In this document: positions 1 to 10,967 of the stretch, one piece after another
How the letters are laid out: every line of letters starts with the position of its first letter
Position numbering within the stretch: the first letter of the stretch is position 1
Assembly: GCA_963845245.1 (NCBI GenBank)
Contig: CAWJRJ010000014.1
Location: 32,001 to 96,000, forward strand
Direction: 5' to 3'
Length of the DNA stretch: 64,000 nt
From: Nitrospirota bacterium
Lineage (GTDB): Bacteria > Nitrospirota > JACRHJ01
The notes under the pieces: generated by a model
What the model saw: only the letters and a program-made list of their open reading frames with translations
Database searches by the model: none
What the model was told of the DNA's origin: nothing
Program-made: the position numbers and the translations under genes

Positions 1-322
1 TTACCAGAAATATCAAAAAGGAATTTATGATATGCAGCAGGACGTCAAAGAGGTGGTACGAGAATGTGTTTAGCCCTGAGAGATAATAGTTGATTGTGAA
101 TGACGAGTATAGTATCGGCCTGTAAAGACCGGTGGTATCATTTTCCCCGGTCGGGCTCAATGTGGTAAAAAAACTTGGTATGCTTGACAGATACCGCAGG
201 GTCGGGTTTTCTATTATGACATTCTGGTCGTCGAACACAAACGGATAATTAAGCGTCCGGCCATAGAGTGCGAATGCCAGCAAGGCCAGCACAAAAAATG
301 GTAAAGCATATTTTTTTATCAT
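1..322 (-). CDS. 5' part (runs off the window) of a TMTC-like membrane/TPR protein, tandem paralog of 331..2058
   Basis: Positions 1-322 align without gaps to 1737-2058; translation MIKKYALPFFVLALLAFALYGRTLNYPFVFDDQNVIIENP; ATG at 322. Confidence 0.9.
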   Translation of the reverse strand, partial: MIKKYALPFFVLALLAFALYGRTLNYPFVFDDQNVIIENPTLRYLSSIPSFFTTLSPTGENDTTGLYRPILYSSFTINYYLSGLNTFSYHLFDVLLHIINSFLIFLV

Positions 323-330
323 TGCTAAAG

Positions 331-2058
331 TCATTGCACTTCCATCAGCCTTGATGCAAGTTCAGGTTGTCCGTATTTGTTTAGCAGATCTGCGCCCTCT
401 TTTTTTGATTCGCCTCTTTCCGGGCAATTAACCACCATCTTTACAAAAACATCAAACGCATCTTGATATGCTCCAGATTCAAGATAGGCAACGCCGAGAT
501 TGTGATATGTCTTGTAATCAAATCGGTTTATTTCTAGGGCTTTCTTGTACATTGGGATAGCTTTATCAATGCTGCCTTCCTCAAAATAGATGTTACCCAG
601 ATTGCCGTACGCGCTTTCAAACTCCGGGTTGATCCGTAAAGATTCACCCAACATCTCCTTGGCAGTCGTGTTATTCCCGATTTTACTTAAAGCCAACCCC
701 AAGGTGTTGTAGGATTGATAGCTTTTAGGGTCCAGCATTATCGACCTGGTCAAGGCCCGGATAGCCTCAACATACTCCCCGTTATCAAAAAGATATTGAC
801 CTAGATTGTGGTATGGCCTTGCTATAACGTCCGGGTACTTGTTTATTGCGTCCTCCCAGAGGGTACGGGGCGATGCCCAGACTGTACTTTTATTGACAGC
901 CATGACCCCTGACAAAACTATGATGCAGAGTACAGCGATTGCGGTATATCTGACGGCAGCCTTTGTAGCGCCGACAGCCCATCTCGAGTATGCGGTAGCG
1001 ATGAAGAGCATAATGCCAGCCATGGGCAGGTAGAGGCGGTACTCCACCATGCGTTCAGGCAGCGGGACTACCATCTCCGGCAGAAGGGCCAGGAACGGCC
1101 ATGCAAAAAGGCAGGCGAGGAGCCTGTCCTTTTTGAAGAAACGGGAAAAGAGCATGGACGAAACAGCTATGGTAGCAACCCCCGTCAGAAACCAGCCATC
1201 GGTTATCCGCGCGTCCGGAACGTAATGCTCCACGCACAGGCCGGACGGGTTTACGACAAGCGCTATATACCTTGGCAGTATCGACACTTCGGCAAGCCAG
1301 TGCTGTATATAATTGTATCTTACGAGTGTCTCGCTTGCCTTGCTCAGGATGATCAGCCTTGCAGCCACAAAGATCAATGCGGCAGCCGCAAATGGAGTTA
1401 TACGGGCGAAGGATCCTTTGAGTTTATTGCCCTGCTCCTTTTGGAAAAAAAGTTCAAGCAGGAATATAACGCCTATGAACACGGGCGACGATTCCTTTGT
1501 CAGGAGCGCGCACCCGAAAAGGGCTGCCGAGGCGGCAAGAAGCCACGCCTTTTTGTCAGTCCGGTATTTTATATAAAACAAAAAGGAGCCCAGACAGAAG
1601 AAGGTCATGATGAGCACGCTTCTTGCCGAGAGGTATATCACAGATTGGGTCAACACCGGGTGGACGCAGAACAGTGCTGCAAACAGGAGCGCTACGGCCC
1701 TGTTTTCGTTCTTTGTCAGTTTTTGAAGCTCAATGATTACCAGAAATATCAAAAAGGAATTTATGATATGCAGCAGGACGTCAAAGAGGTGGTACGAAAA
1801 TGTGTTTAGCCCTGAGAGATAATAGTTGATCGTGAATGACGAGTATAGTATCGGCCTGTATAGACCGGTAAAGTCATTTTCCCCGGCCGGGCTCAGCGTG
1901 GCAAAAAACCTTGGTATGTTCGACAGATACCGCAGAGTCGGGTTTTCGATTATGACATTGTGGTCGTCGAACACGAACGGATAATTAAGCGTCCGGCCAT
2001 AGACTGCAAATACCAGTAAGGTTAGCACAAATATGGGTAGTAAAAACTTTTTAAACAT
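331..2058 (-). CDS. TMTC-like multi-pass membrane protein with C-terminal TPRs (putative GT-C glycosyltransferase)
   Basis: FVFDD, YRP, HP and ERxxYLP-like motifs, many hydrophobic helices, TPR repeats (YHNLG, YNTLG, YGNLG). Confidence 0.85.
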   Translation of the reverse strand: MFKKFLLPIFVLTLLVFAVYGRTLNYPFVFDDHNVIIENPTLRYLSNIPRFFATLSPAGENDFTGLYRPILYSSFTINYYLSGLNTFSYHLFDVLLHIINSFLIFLVIIELQKLTKNENRAVALLFAALFCVHPVLTQSVIYLSARSVLIMTFFCLGSFLFYIKYRTDKKAWLLAASAALFGCALLTKESSPVFIGVIFLLELFFQKEQGNKLKGSFARITPFAAAALIFVAARLIILSKASETLVRYNYIQHWLAEVSILPRYIALVVNPSGLCVEHYVPDARITDGWFLTGVATIAVSSMLFSRFFKKDRLLACLFAWPFLALLPEMVVPLPERMVEYRLYLPMAGIMLFIATAYSRWAVGATKAAVRYTAIAVLCIIVLSGVMAVNKSTVWASPRTLWEDAINKYPDVIARPYHNLGQYLFDNGEYVEAIRALTRSIMLDPKSYQSYNTLGLALSKIGNNTTAKEMLGESLRINPEFESAYGNLGNIYFEEGSIDKAIPMYKKALEINRFDYKTYHNLGVAYLESGAYQDAFDVFVKMVVNCPERGESKKEGADLLNKYGQPELASRLMEVQ

Positions 2059-2062
2059 TACT

Positions 2063-2500
2063 TCAGGAAAACTCTAGCATTGCTATCCCTGTCTTCTCGT
2101 TGACCTTTTTGGCTGCGTTTATCCCCGTAATCTCAAGTAGCATCGCCTCCACCACCAGAAACACGCAGTCGTCTTTGCGTATGCATCCGGTGAGGGTGGT
2201 GCCGGCCTTGCCAACCGCGCCGTGCAGGTGTATCGCGGGCTCGCCGTCCTTGAGGAATACCGACCCGACGCCCAGTACTTCACGTCCGTCCGTAAAGCCC
2301 TCCCAGATAGGCTCCGGCGGAAGCACCGGCTCCTTCGGTCCGCAGACCATGCCTGCAGCACGCATCCCGCCCAGAAGGTAGAAGAAGCCGGACTTGACGC
2401 CCTCTTTTTTTGCCACCTCTATTATACCGTTGAGAAGGCTGTCGCCGTCCTCGAATTTAATTACTATCGCCCTGCCGATGTTGCCGGTACGGTACTGCAT
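2063..2500 (-). CDS. PPC/DUF296 domain protein
   Basis: EVLGVGSVF...PAIHLHGAVG motif typical of DUF296. Confidence 0.75.
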   Translation of the reverse strand: MQYRTGNIGRAIVIKFEDGDSLLNGIIEVAKKEGVKSGFFYLLGGMRAAGMVCGPKEPVLPPEPIWEGFTDGREVLGVGSVFLKDGEPAIHLHGAVGKAGTTLTGCIRKDDCVFLVVEAMLLEITGINAAKKVNEKTGIAMLEFS

Positions 2501-2510
2501 TAATCCCCCT

Positions 2511-3743
<1,233 letters not shown>

Positions 3744-3864
3744 TTTTTGAACTTTAATATTATCAGCCTGATCCGTTATCGGTCAAGACGTTTTATAAGT
3801 TTGCTTGTTTTTTCCCCGTCCATTTATTATAATGCCCTAAAAGAAGCCAGAAGGAGATGTGTAT

Positions 3865-4407
3865 ATGAAAGTAGCTTGTCCCGGTTGTCATTCGGTCTAC
3901 AGTGTCAAGGAAGAACTGGTCCCCGCCTCCGGAATCAGGACCAAATGCCCTAAATGCGCCGAGCTTATCACCATCGTGCCAGACCCTTCAGAGGTTTCAA
4001 ACCCGGAGGCGGATTACGCGCATACCATGATCCTCTTTAACCCTCTGCCAGCCCAGGAGGACGAGCAGTTGAGGGAGGTAAAATCGGGCCTGTCCGGGGA
4101 ACCTCATATCGTGCCTGGTTTCAAAGCGACGGTCGTGGAGGCCGATGGCTACAGTCCGGGTAAGAAATACGCAATAGTCAAGCCCGTTACCGTAATAGGC
4201 AGGAGCAAATCAGAGATCCTGCTTGACGACCCCGAGGTGTCCAGGAGGCATGCCGCCATCGAGGTTTATGGTGAGAAGGTGGTCATAAAAGACCTCGGCA
4301 GCACGAACGGTACTTTCCTGAACGGTCTCGGCATAAAAATGGCTATCATCAAGGACGGAGATGTGGTCCAGGTTGGCAATACGACGTTAAAGGTGCAGTT
4401 CAGCTGA
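3865..4407 (+). CDS. MJ0042-type zinc-ribbon + FHA domain protein
   Basis: CPGC...CPKC N-terminus; FHA motifs IGR, SRRHA, DLGSTNGTFLNG. Confidence 0.85.
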   Translation: MKVACPGCHSVYSVKEELVPASGIRTKCPKCAELITIVPDPSEVSNPEADYAHTMILFNPLPAQEDEQLREVKSGLSGEPHIVPGFKATVVEADGYSPGKKYAIVKPVTVIGRSKSEILLDDPEVSRRHAAIEVYGEKVVIKDLGSTNGTFLNGLGIKMAIIKDGDVVQVGNTTLKVQFS

Positions 4408-5824
4408 AGTCCGTCTTTGCGGGCATCGACAGTGTAACGGTCGTGCCTTTCCCGCTTCCGCTCTCTATGAAAACCCGGCCTCCATGGAAACGCAGTATCG
4501 AGTCTACTATGGAAAGGCCCATACCCGTACCCTCCTCTTTTGTAGTGAAGAACGGGTCGAAGAGCCTGTCCATGCATTCCTTGGGTATTCCATGCCCGCT
4601 ATCCCTGAATTCGGCGTAGAAATGGCGGCAATCGACAGAGTCGGCTGAGGATGAATTCATTCCGGTCTTTATCGAGAGTGCGCCGCCTGAAGGCATGGCC
4701 TGGAAGGCGTTTATCATTACGTTAAGGAATGCCTGCTTCATGCGTTTTTCGTCGAGGACCATCTCTGGGACCTGGCCGTCCAGATTGGCGGTGATTTTTA
4801 TACCTTGATGGTCACCCTGAAATTCAAGCATGCCAACCACTTCATCGATTAACCTGTTCGGATGCGACATGGCAAGGGCCAGTTTGGGCTGCTTCGAGTA
4901 GCTCAGGAACTCCATTACCGTTTCGTTCAGCCGTATGGCCTCCTTCTCTATGACGTCGATAAGCTTCTGCAGTTCCTTGCTCGAATGGGGTATTTCCTCT
5001 TTAAGCAGGTGCAGGTTTATAGTCAACGAATTTAGAGGGTTCTTTATCTCGTGTGCGACGCCGGCCGCGATCGCGCCCATCGACGCCAGGCGGTCAAGCT
5101 GGAGTATCTTGGCTTGAGCCTCCTTAAGCTCGCGGTTCAACAGCTCAAGGGTGGACACCTTCTCTTCGAGTGTATGGTAAAGCTTGGAGTTCTCAAGGGC
5201 GATCGCTGCGAGGTTTCCGAATATGGTCAGCGTTTTCAGCCGGGTGTCGTCTATTGAACGGTCTCCGCCCGGAGACTCTACGGCCATTACGCCCAAAACC
5301 TTCTTTTTGGATAAAAGTGGGATAAAAGCCACCTGCGGCGAGGAAAGCAGTGGAGCGAACTCAGGGTGGATGTTGTCTTTGCCGGTTGTACTGTCCTTGA
5401 TGAGCCTGGGACGGCGGCTTATCACGGTTTGAACCGGATAACCGGTCCCCCGGGCCACGGGTACCGAGAAGTTTCTCACCTTGAAGTCGAAAGGCGCACG
5501 TTCAAGCAGGTCTGCGATATTTTTGCGGCCTGGGCCCGTGTCCTCTTCTTCTATCGCAGTCACGCCTTCCCAAATCTCTCTGGCCTCATCTCCTGCAAGC
5601 GGGCCCACTCCAAGCCAGCCTTCCAACGTGTTGCGTTGGTCGTTGGTTAGCATCAGATAGGCGCGGCTGTACCCGAACCCGTCATCCACAGTGAGGGAAG
5701 TGAGTATTATATAGAGTTTTTCTTCGGTGTTGAGAGGGGTCTGGAGCAGCCTGTTGATGTCGTATAGCGCCAGCAGCTCCCTGTTGGCCCTCAGCAACTC
5801 CTGGATCGGGTTTTCTTCTTTCAT
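4400..5824 (-). CDS. GAF-domain sensor histidine kinase (NtrB-like HisKA)
   Basis: AHEIKNPL H-box, N-box NAFQA, DSGHG, FFTTK, GTGMGL. Confidence 0.92.
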   Translation of the reverse strand: MKEENPIQELLRANRELLALYDINRLLQTPLNTEEKLYIILTSLTVDDGFGYSRAYLMLTNDQRNTLEGWLGVGPLAGDEAREIWEGVTAIEEEDTGPGRKNIADLLERAPFDFKVRNFSVPVARGTGYPVQTVISRRPRLIKDSTTGKDNIHPEFAPLLSSPQVAFIPLLSKKKVLGVMAVESPGGDRSIDDTRLKTLTIFGNLAAIALENSKLYHTLEEKVSTLELLNRELKEAQAKILQLDRLASMGAIAAGVAHEIKNPLNSLTINLHLLKEEIPHSSKELQKLIDVIEKEAIRLNETVMEFLSYSKQPKLALAMSHPNRLIDEVVGMLEFQGDHQGIKITANLDGQVPEMVLDEKRMKQAFLNVMINAFQAMPSGGALSIKTGMNSSSADSVDCRHFYAEFRDSGHGIPKECMDRLFDPFFTTKEEGTGMGLSIVDSILRFHGGRVFIESGSGKGTTVTLSMPAKTDFS

Positions 5825-5902
5825 TGTACGACTCGATTTGCTGGAATTTCATACAATGATAGCATAAAACCCGGAGCCCGGCAAAGTGAGCGAGGGCAAA
5901 GC

Positions 5903-7276
5903 TTATCCTACCTCGTCGTACTCCCTTATCCTGAGAGGGACGCCCAGTTCTTCCTCTGCCACCCTGCGGCAGGCGGCCAGGTCGACGCCCGGCATCGCGA
6001 GGGCGGTCACGACAACCTCCGGGACATACTTTTTCGCCCTGCGCACAAACTCCTTCAGGCTTTCGTAGGAACCTTCCCCTATCAGGGGCCGGCATATCTC
6101 GTTGTACTGCTCCTCGTAGGGGGAGTTAAGGCTTACCGAAAGCGCATCCACGAGCCCGGCAATCTCGGGGAGTATGTCTCTTTTGTGTATCATCAGGGCA
6201 TGTCCGTTCGTGTTGACCCGCACCCGCACCCCTTTCTCCTTTACATGAGCCGAGACCGCCTTTATGATGTCAAGCCTCAGGAACGGTTCGCCATAACCGC
6301 AGAAGACGACCTCCCTGTACTTTTCGAAGCCTTCCATTGCGGACAGTATCTCGGAAAGTTCCGGGTCGCGTCGAAGCCTCAGGTTGTGGCCTTTGACGAA
6401 GTCGGTCGTGTTCCTGGCGCAGAAGGAACAGGCGTTGGTGCATCGGTTGGTTATGTTGAGATAAAGCGAGTCTCTTATGGGGTAGGCTATCGCGGCGTCC
6501 GTGTTTGCCGCTTCAACCCCGAAAAGGGTCAGTGCGTTATGCGTCGTTATGCGGGCTATGTCCTCCGGGCTCAAGCCCTTAAGGCCCGCCAGGACGTCCA
6601 CCACGTAAGGAAGATATGATGGCTCGTTCCTCTTCCCCCTCAGCGGGTGTGGGGCAAGGTAGGGGCAGTCCGTCTCAAGAAGTATCTTCTCGATCGGCAC
6701 GGTCTTTATCGTTTCACGCAACTCATCGGCCTTCTTGAAAGTCAACGAGCCTCCGACGGATATGTAGAAGCCCATGTCGAGCGCATGACGCGCCATAGTG
6801 GCTCCGCCTGCAAAGCAGTGCAACGTGCCGCCTGCTTTTGCCGCGTCTTCCGACCTCATAATCTCGATGGTGTCTTCTTCGGCCTCCCGGGAGTGTATTA
6901 TCAGAGGCTTGCCGATATCCCTGGCGAGGTTGATCTGCCTTGCAAAATGAAGACGCTGGGTCTCCCTGGGTGAGAGGTCGTAGTGATAGTCAAGCCCGGT
7001 CTCGCCGATGGCGACCGCCTTCTTCCTTGAAGCAAGCTCACGCAGAGCCTCGTAGTCGGCATCCGTCACGTCCTTTACGTCGTGGGGGTGGAACCCTGGT
7101 GTGAAATACAGGTTATCGTACTTTTCTGCAAGCCCCGCCGCGCGCAGGCTCGATGCCATGTCCGCGCCTATCGTAATAATATAGCCTACCCCGGCATCTG
7201 CCGCCCTTAGAAGCACCTCCGGCAGGTCGTCATTGAAATCCTTCATGTCAAGGTGTGCGTGCGTGTCGATCAGCAA
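5903..7276 (-). CDS. TatD family hydrolase fused to a TatD-associated radical SAM domain
   Basis: DTHAH, GETGLDY, IIHSR, LETDCPYLAP; then YLNITNRCTNACSFC (CxxxCxxC) and FCGYGEP. Confidence 0.9.
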   Translation of the reverse strand: MLIDTHAHLDMKDFNDDLPEVLLRAADAGVGYIITIGADMASSLRAAGLAEKYDNLYFTPGFHPHDVKDVTDADYEALRELASRKKAVAIGETGLDYHYDLSPRETQRLHFARQINLARDIGKPLIIHSREAEEDTIEIMRSEDAAKAGGTLHCFAGGATMARHALDMGFYISVGGSLTFKKADELRETIKTVPIEKILLETDCPYLAPHPLRGKRNEPSYLPYVVDVLAGLKGLSPEDIARITTHNALTLFGVEAANTDAAIAYPIRDSLYLNITNRCTNACSFCARNTTDFVKGHNLRLRRDPELSEILSAMEGFEKYREVVFCGYGEPFLRLDIIKAVSAHVKEKGVRVRVNTNGHALMIHKRDILPEIAGLVDALSVSLNSPYEEQYNEICRPLIGEGSYESLKEFVRRAKKYVPEVVVTALAMPGVDLAACRRVAEEELGVPLRIREYDEVG

Positions 7277-8386
7277 ATCGTCTCTCCTTGGGTATTTTGT
7301 CTGACGGGCAGGTTCACCGTGAAGGTTGTACCTTCGTTCGGCCTGCTTGCAACAGCAACATCGCCTCCGTGCGCCTCCACGAACGACTTTACGACGGCAA
7401 GGCCCAGCCCGGTGCCCTTGATGCCGGTAGTTGACGAAGACCTGTAATATCTGTCGAAGACTCGGTCAAGCTCGTTTTCCGGGATACCGTAGCCGTTGTC
7501 GGCTACTCTGTATTTCTACAAAACCGTCCCTGGTGCCGGTAAGGTTTTTAGCGGAAACCGTAACCTTCCCGCCGGTGGGTGTATATTTTATGGCGTTGTT
7601 GATCAGGTTTGTAAGCACCCTGCCGATCTTTTCCATATCTCCTTCAATATCCGGGAGGCCGGAAGCTACATCGACTTCAAGGCTCACACGCTTCTCCCTC
7701 GCCTGAAAAGACAGGTCGGATACGGTCCCATTTATCAACCCCTCAAGGGCAAATGTTTTATATGACAGTCTGAGCGTCCCAGAATCCATCCTTGCCAGGT
7801 CGAGGAATTGTTCCACCATGTCGGTGAGCTTTTTCCCGTTGGCCATTATCGACTCGACAAACTCTTTTTCCTCTGTGCCAAGGCGCGCTTGACCTCCGTC
7901 GAGCATAAGTTCCGAGTATCCCATTATGTTTGTGATGGGTGACTTTAGGTCATGAGTCAACAGGGATATATGTAGTTCCCGTTCCGCGCTCAGTTGGCGG
8001 GTGCGTTCATCCACCAGCTTTTCCAGGTTCTGGCTGTATGCCTCAAGTTGGGTATACTGCGTGGCAAGCTTTTCCACCATGGAGTTGATCGTCCCCGATA
8101 GCGCCTCAAGTTCACGGGAAGAGGTCACATGCGACCTTGCTGTAAGGTCGCCCTCCTTTATCCTCTCTGCAACCTGTTCTATCTCTTTAAGCGGATTAAG
8201 TACGAGCTTCCTCATAAGCATAAAAAGATATACCATGAGGCCGGCAGTAACGACGGCCTCAACCTCCGCGCCGGGCGTGTTCTCCCACCCGAGGTAATTA
8301 AGCCCTATGTCGGTCAAAAAAGCTGCGGCCGCGGCCGCTATAGACCATATGATAAGCTTTACCGGAAGCCTGTCCGATACCGTCAT
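7270..8386 (-). pseudogene. HAMP sensor histidine kinase with a +1 frameshift near 7510 (pseudogene or sequencing error)
   Basis: THDLKSP H-box and NAIKY N-box in the called ORF; shifted frame continues RVADNGYGIPENELDRVFDRYYRSSSTTGIKGTGLGL to TGA at 7270. Confidence 0.85.
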
Positions 8387-9993
8387 TGAGAAATACCTTT
8401 TAAGGGTAAGGTTACAGTAAAAATGGTGCCTTCCTTAAGTATGCTCTCCACAGAGACCCGTCCCTTGTGGGCGTCCACCAGAGACTTGACCACGGCAAGA
8501 CCGAGCCCGGTACCCCTTGCCCCAGACGTAGAAGACGAGCGGTAATATCTCTCGAATACGTGCGGAAGCTCCTTGGGATCTATACCGTACCCGGTGTCCG
8601 AGACCTTTATCTCAAGGAACCGCTCTGGGCCTTCCGCCGTCTCCCTGGCGGATACCGTTACCTTGGCGCCGTTTGGCGAATATTTTATCGCATTCGAGAG
8701 GAGGTTTGTAAGAACCCGCGAGAGCCTTTCCCTGTCGGCTACGATTTCGACCGCCTCCAAAGGCAGTTCCTTGTCTATGGTTATTGCTTTCTCCGCCGCC
8801 TGGACCTGGATATCGCCTACCGCCTCGTTGATCAGATCAATAGTGTCGAACCGTGACGTCTTCAGCTCCAGCATCCCGGCCTCCATCTTGGACAGGTCAA
8901 GGTATTGTTCGACCATCTCCAGAAGCTTTTTCCCATTCCTGCTGATGGACCCTACGAATTCCGCATCCTCCTCGTCCAGGGCCTTGTCCTTCAGGAGTTC
9001 TGTGTAAACTATTATGTTCGTAAGCGGCGATTTCAGGTCGTGGGTTATAAGCGATATGAAGTCGGCCTTCCTTTTTTCGAGGAGTTTCTCCTCGGTGACG
9101 TCATAAAAAGTCTTTATCTCCCCGCTGACCTTTTGGTTATTATCCAGCACGAGGGCGCTGCTTATCTTGTAATGCCGGCCCAGTATCTCCATCTCCCTGA
9201 CCTCGCTGCAAAGCGCCAATGTCTCCTTGTAGAACGCGCAGTCGCTGCAGATGTCCTCCCGCTTCCTCTTAACGCTTACCTGTATACCCTTCCGGCAATA
9301 GGTGCCGGAGACTAGCCAGCACCGTATATCTTCGGACATATAGGCGGGGCAATCTTTGTTTTCGCAGTGGTGCACCTCCCAGCAGCGCCGGGTGGGTTTC
9401 CCCCCGCCATTTCCAAAAACCAGAGAGGTTTTTACAGGCCCGTCCGGAAGCTCGTCCACGAGCGTGCCTTTAATCTCTACGGCTTTTACGCCCCATATCT
9501 CCTCCATCATGGGGTTCACTTCCACTATCTCGCCTGCTACCGATATAAATATCACCCCGTCAGGGATGCTCTTAAAAATAGAGGAAAGCTTCTCATGCTC
9601 CACCGACAGGGCAAGGGTCCTCTCCTCGACTGTCTTTTCGAGGTTTTTGTTGAGTTCCACGAGCTGGTTGTATGATTCCGAGAGCCTCTCGATCATCCCG
9701 TTGAATGTGTCCGCAAGCTCCTTGAACTCATTAGGAGTCGATACCACCGCCCTGGCGGAAAGGTCTCCTTCAGAGACAATCCGTGCGGCCCTTTCCAACT
9801 CCCCGAGAGGCTCCATGACCCTCTTCCTAAGGTAATAGTAGGGGAAGAACAGCAGCGTCGCCGTTAGGACGGCTTCTACCACGCCTTTTCCCGAACGCTC
9901 CAGTCCCAGGTAGTCCATCAGGATATGGGCGGATATTACCACGGCCACCGTCGCCACCCAGAAAAAAGGCATTATCCTTGAAAATCTGTTCAT
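8383..9993 (-). CDS. HAMP-PAS sensor histidine kinase with a Cys-rich (two CW motifs) insertion
   Basis: Two TM helices, HAMP, PAS-like SIPDGVI, CWEVHHC..CPAY..CWLVSGTYC..CSDCAFY, THDLKSP, GTGLGL. Confidence 0.9.
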   Translation of the reverse strand: MNRFSRIMPFFWVATVAVVISAHILMDYLGLERSGKGVVEAVLTATLLFFPYYYLRKRVMEPLGELERAARIVSEGDLSARAVVSTPNEFKELADTFNGMIERLSESYNQLVELNKNLEKTVEERTLALSVEHEKLSSIFKSIPDGVIFISVAGEIVEVNPMMEEIWGVKAVEIKGTLVDELPDGPVKTSLVFGNGGGKPTRRCWEVHHCENKDCPAYMSEDIRCWLVSGTYCRKGIQVSVKRKREDICSDCAFYKETLALCSEVREMEILGRHYKISSALVLDNNQKVSGEIKTFYDVTEEKLLEKRKADFISLITHDLKSPLTNIIVYTELLKDKALDEEDAEFVGSISRNGKKLLEMVEQYLDLSKMEAGMLELKTSRFDTIDLINEAVGDIQVQAAEKAITIDKELPLEAVEIVADRERLSRVLTNLLSNAIKYSPNGAKVTVSARETAEGPERFLEIKVSDTGYGIDPKELPHVFERYYRSSSTSGARGTGLGLAVVKSLVDAHKGRVSVESILKEGTIFTVTLPLKGISQ

Positions 9994-9997
9994 GGCG

Positions 9998-10822
9998 TTA
10001 CTCCATGTCCAGATTGCTGTGGACGAGGCGGTACATGAACGTGCCTGTTATAGTGAACCTGTCCTTTTTCCAGTTGCCGGGCAAGGGGTTGAACGGGCTC
10101 GCATCAAGGAGCGCCTGTTTCGCGGCATCGTCCAGCATCGGGTAGCCGGAGGATTTAAGGATGTCTATATCCTCGACCTTGCCGGATTTGATTATTGAGA
10201 ACCTCATTACAAGGTTCCCTTCAATCCCGTCTCTCCTTGCTGTTTCAGGGTATCTCCATATGGTCTCGACCCTTTTCTTGAAGGAATGAAGATAGGAGGT
10301 GTACTCCATGTCGTCTCTGTCGAGAGTAATCTCCCCCTCTTTTGATTTCGCTATATCCTTCTCGACGTTTGCATAGCGCATCAGGTCTTCCTGCGTGGGC
10401 CTGGCGAAAGACGGCGGGGAGGCGGGCGAACCTTGCCTGCGCTTGGACCCCGGTGCCGAGGGCGGAGTAGCCTTTTCACCAGGCACGGCAAGCGGTGCGG
10501 GGACTGTCGGAGGCGAGGGTAATGCCTGACCCCTGGGCTCCTGCTGTGGCGAGGCCGGAGTCGGGAAGAATGGAAGCGAAGGCCTGACGGACGCAATCTT
10601 CGGGGCCTGCTCAGCAGGTTTTGCAGCCAACGGCTTTGTTTCCTGCTTTTGTGGCTGCTGTGGCAAGGCCGTTTTCGGCCCGAGCATGGACGGCCCTACC
10701 AGGTCTATGGCAATAGGCTCCTTCTCCTTCTTCTCTACCTGCTCAAGCCTTATGAATAAAACCAGGAGGAGGTGGAGGGCGACGGACAGGAGGAGGCAAT
10801 AATAAATCAGACCCTTTTTCAT
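9998..10822 (-). CDS. TonB family energy transducer
   Basis: TM anchor SVALH, Pro-rich linker, C-terminal WRYPETARRDGIEG...SSGYPMLDDAA. Confidence 0.85.
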   Translation of the reverse strand: MKKGLIYYCLLLSVALHLLLVLFIRLEQVEKKEKEPIAIDLVGPSMLGPKTALPQQPQKQETKPLAAKPAEQAPKIASVRPSLPFFPTPASPQQEPRGQALPSPPTVPAPLAVPGEKATPPSAPGSKRRQGSPASPPSFARPTQEDLMRYANVEKDIAKSKEGEITLDRDDMEYTSYLHSFKKRVETIWRYPETARRDGIEGNLVMRFSIIKSGKVEDIDILKSSGYPMLDDAAKQALLDASPFNPLPGNWKKDRFTITGTFMYRLVHSNLDME

Positions 10823-10967
10823 TATCCTTTTACTGCATGGACGGCCCGGAAGTCATCAGGCCAGAATAATCTTTAAATTAGCCTTAAATTATAGCATAAT
10901 ATTAAACCGTGGCAAAGGTTTTTAACGCAGTACCGGGTGCTGCATATCTTTTGGATGACGGGGAGTT

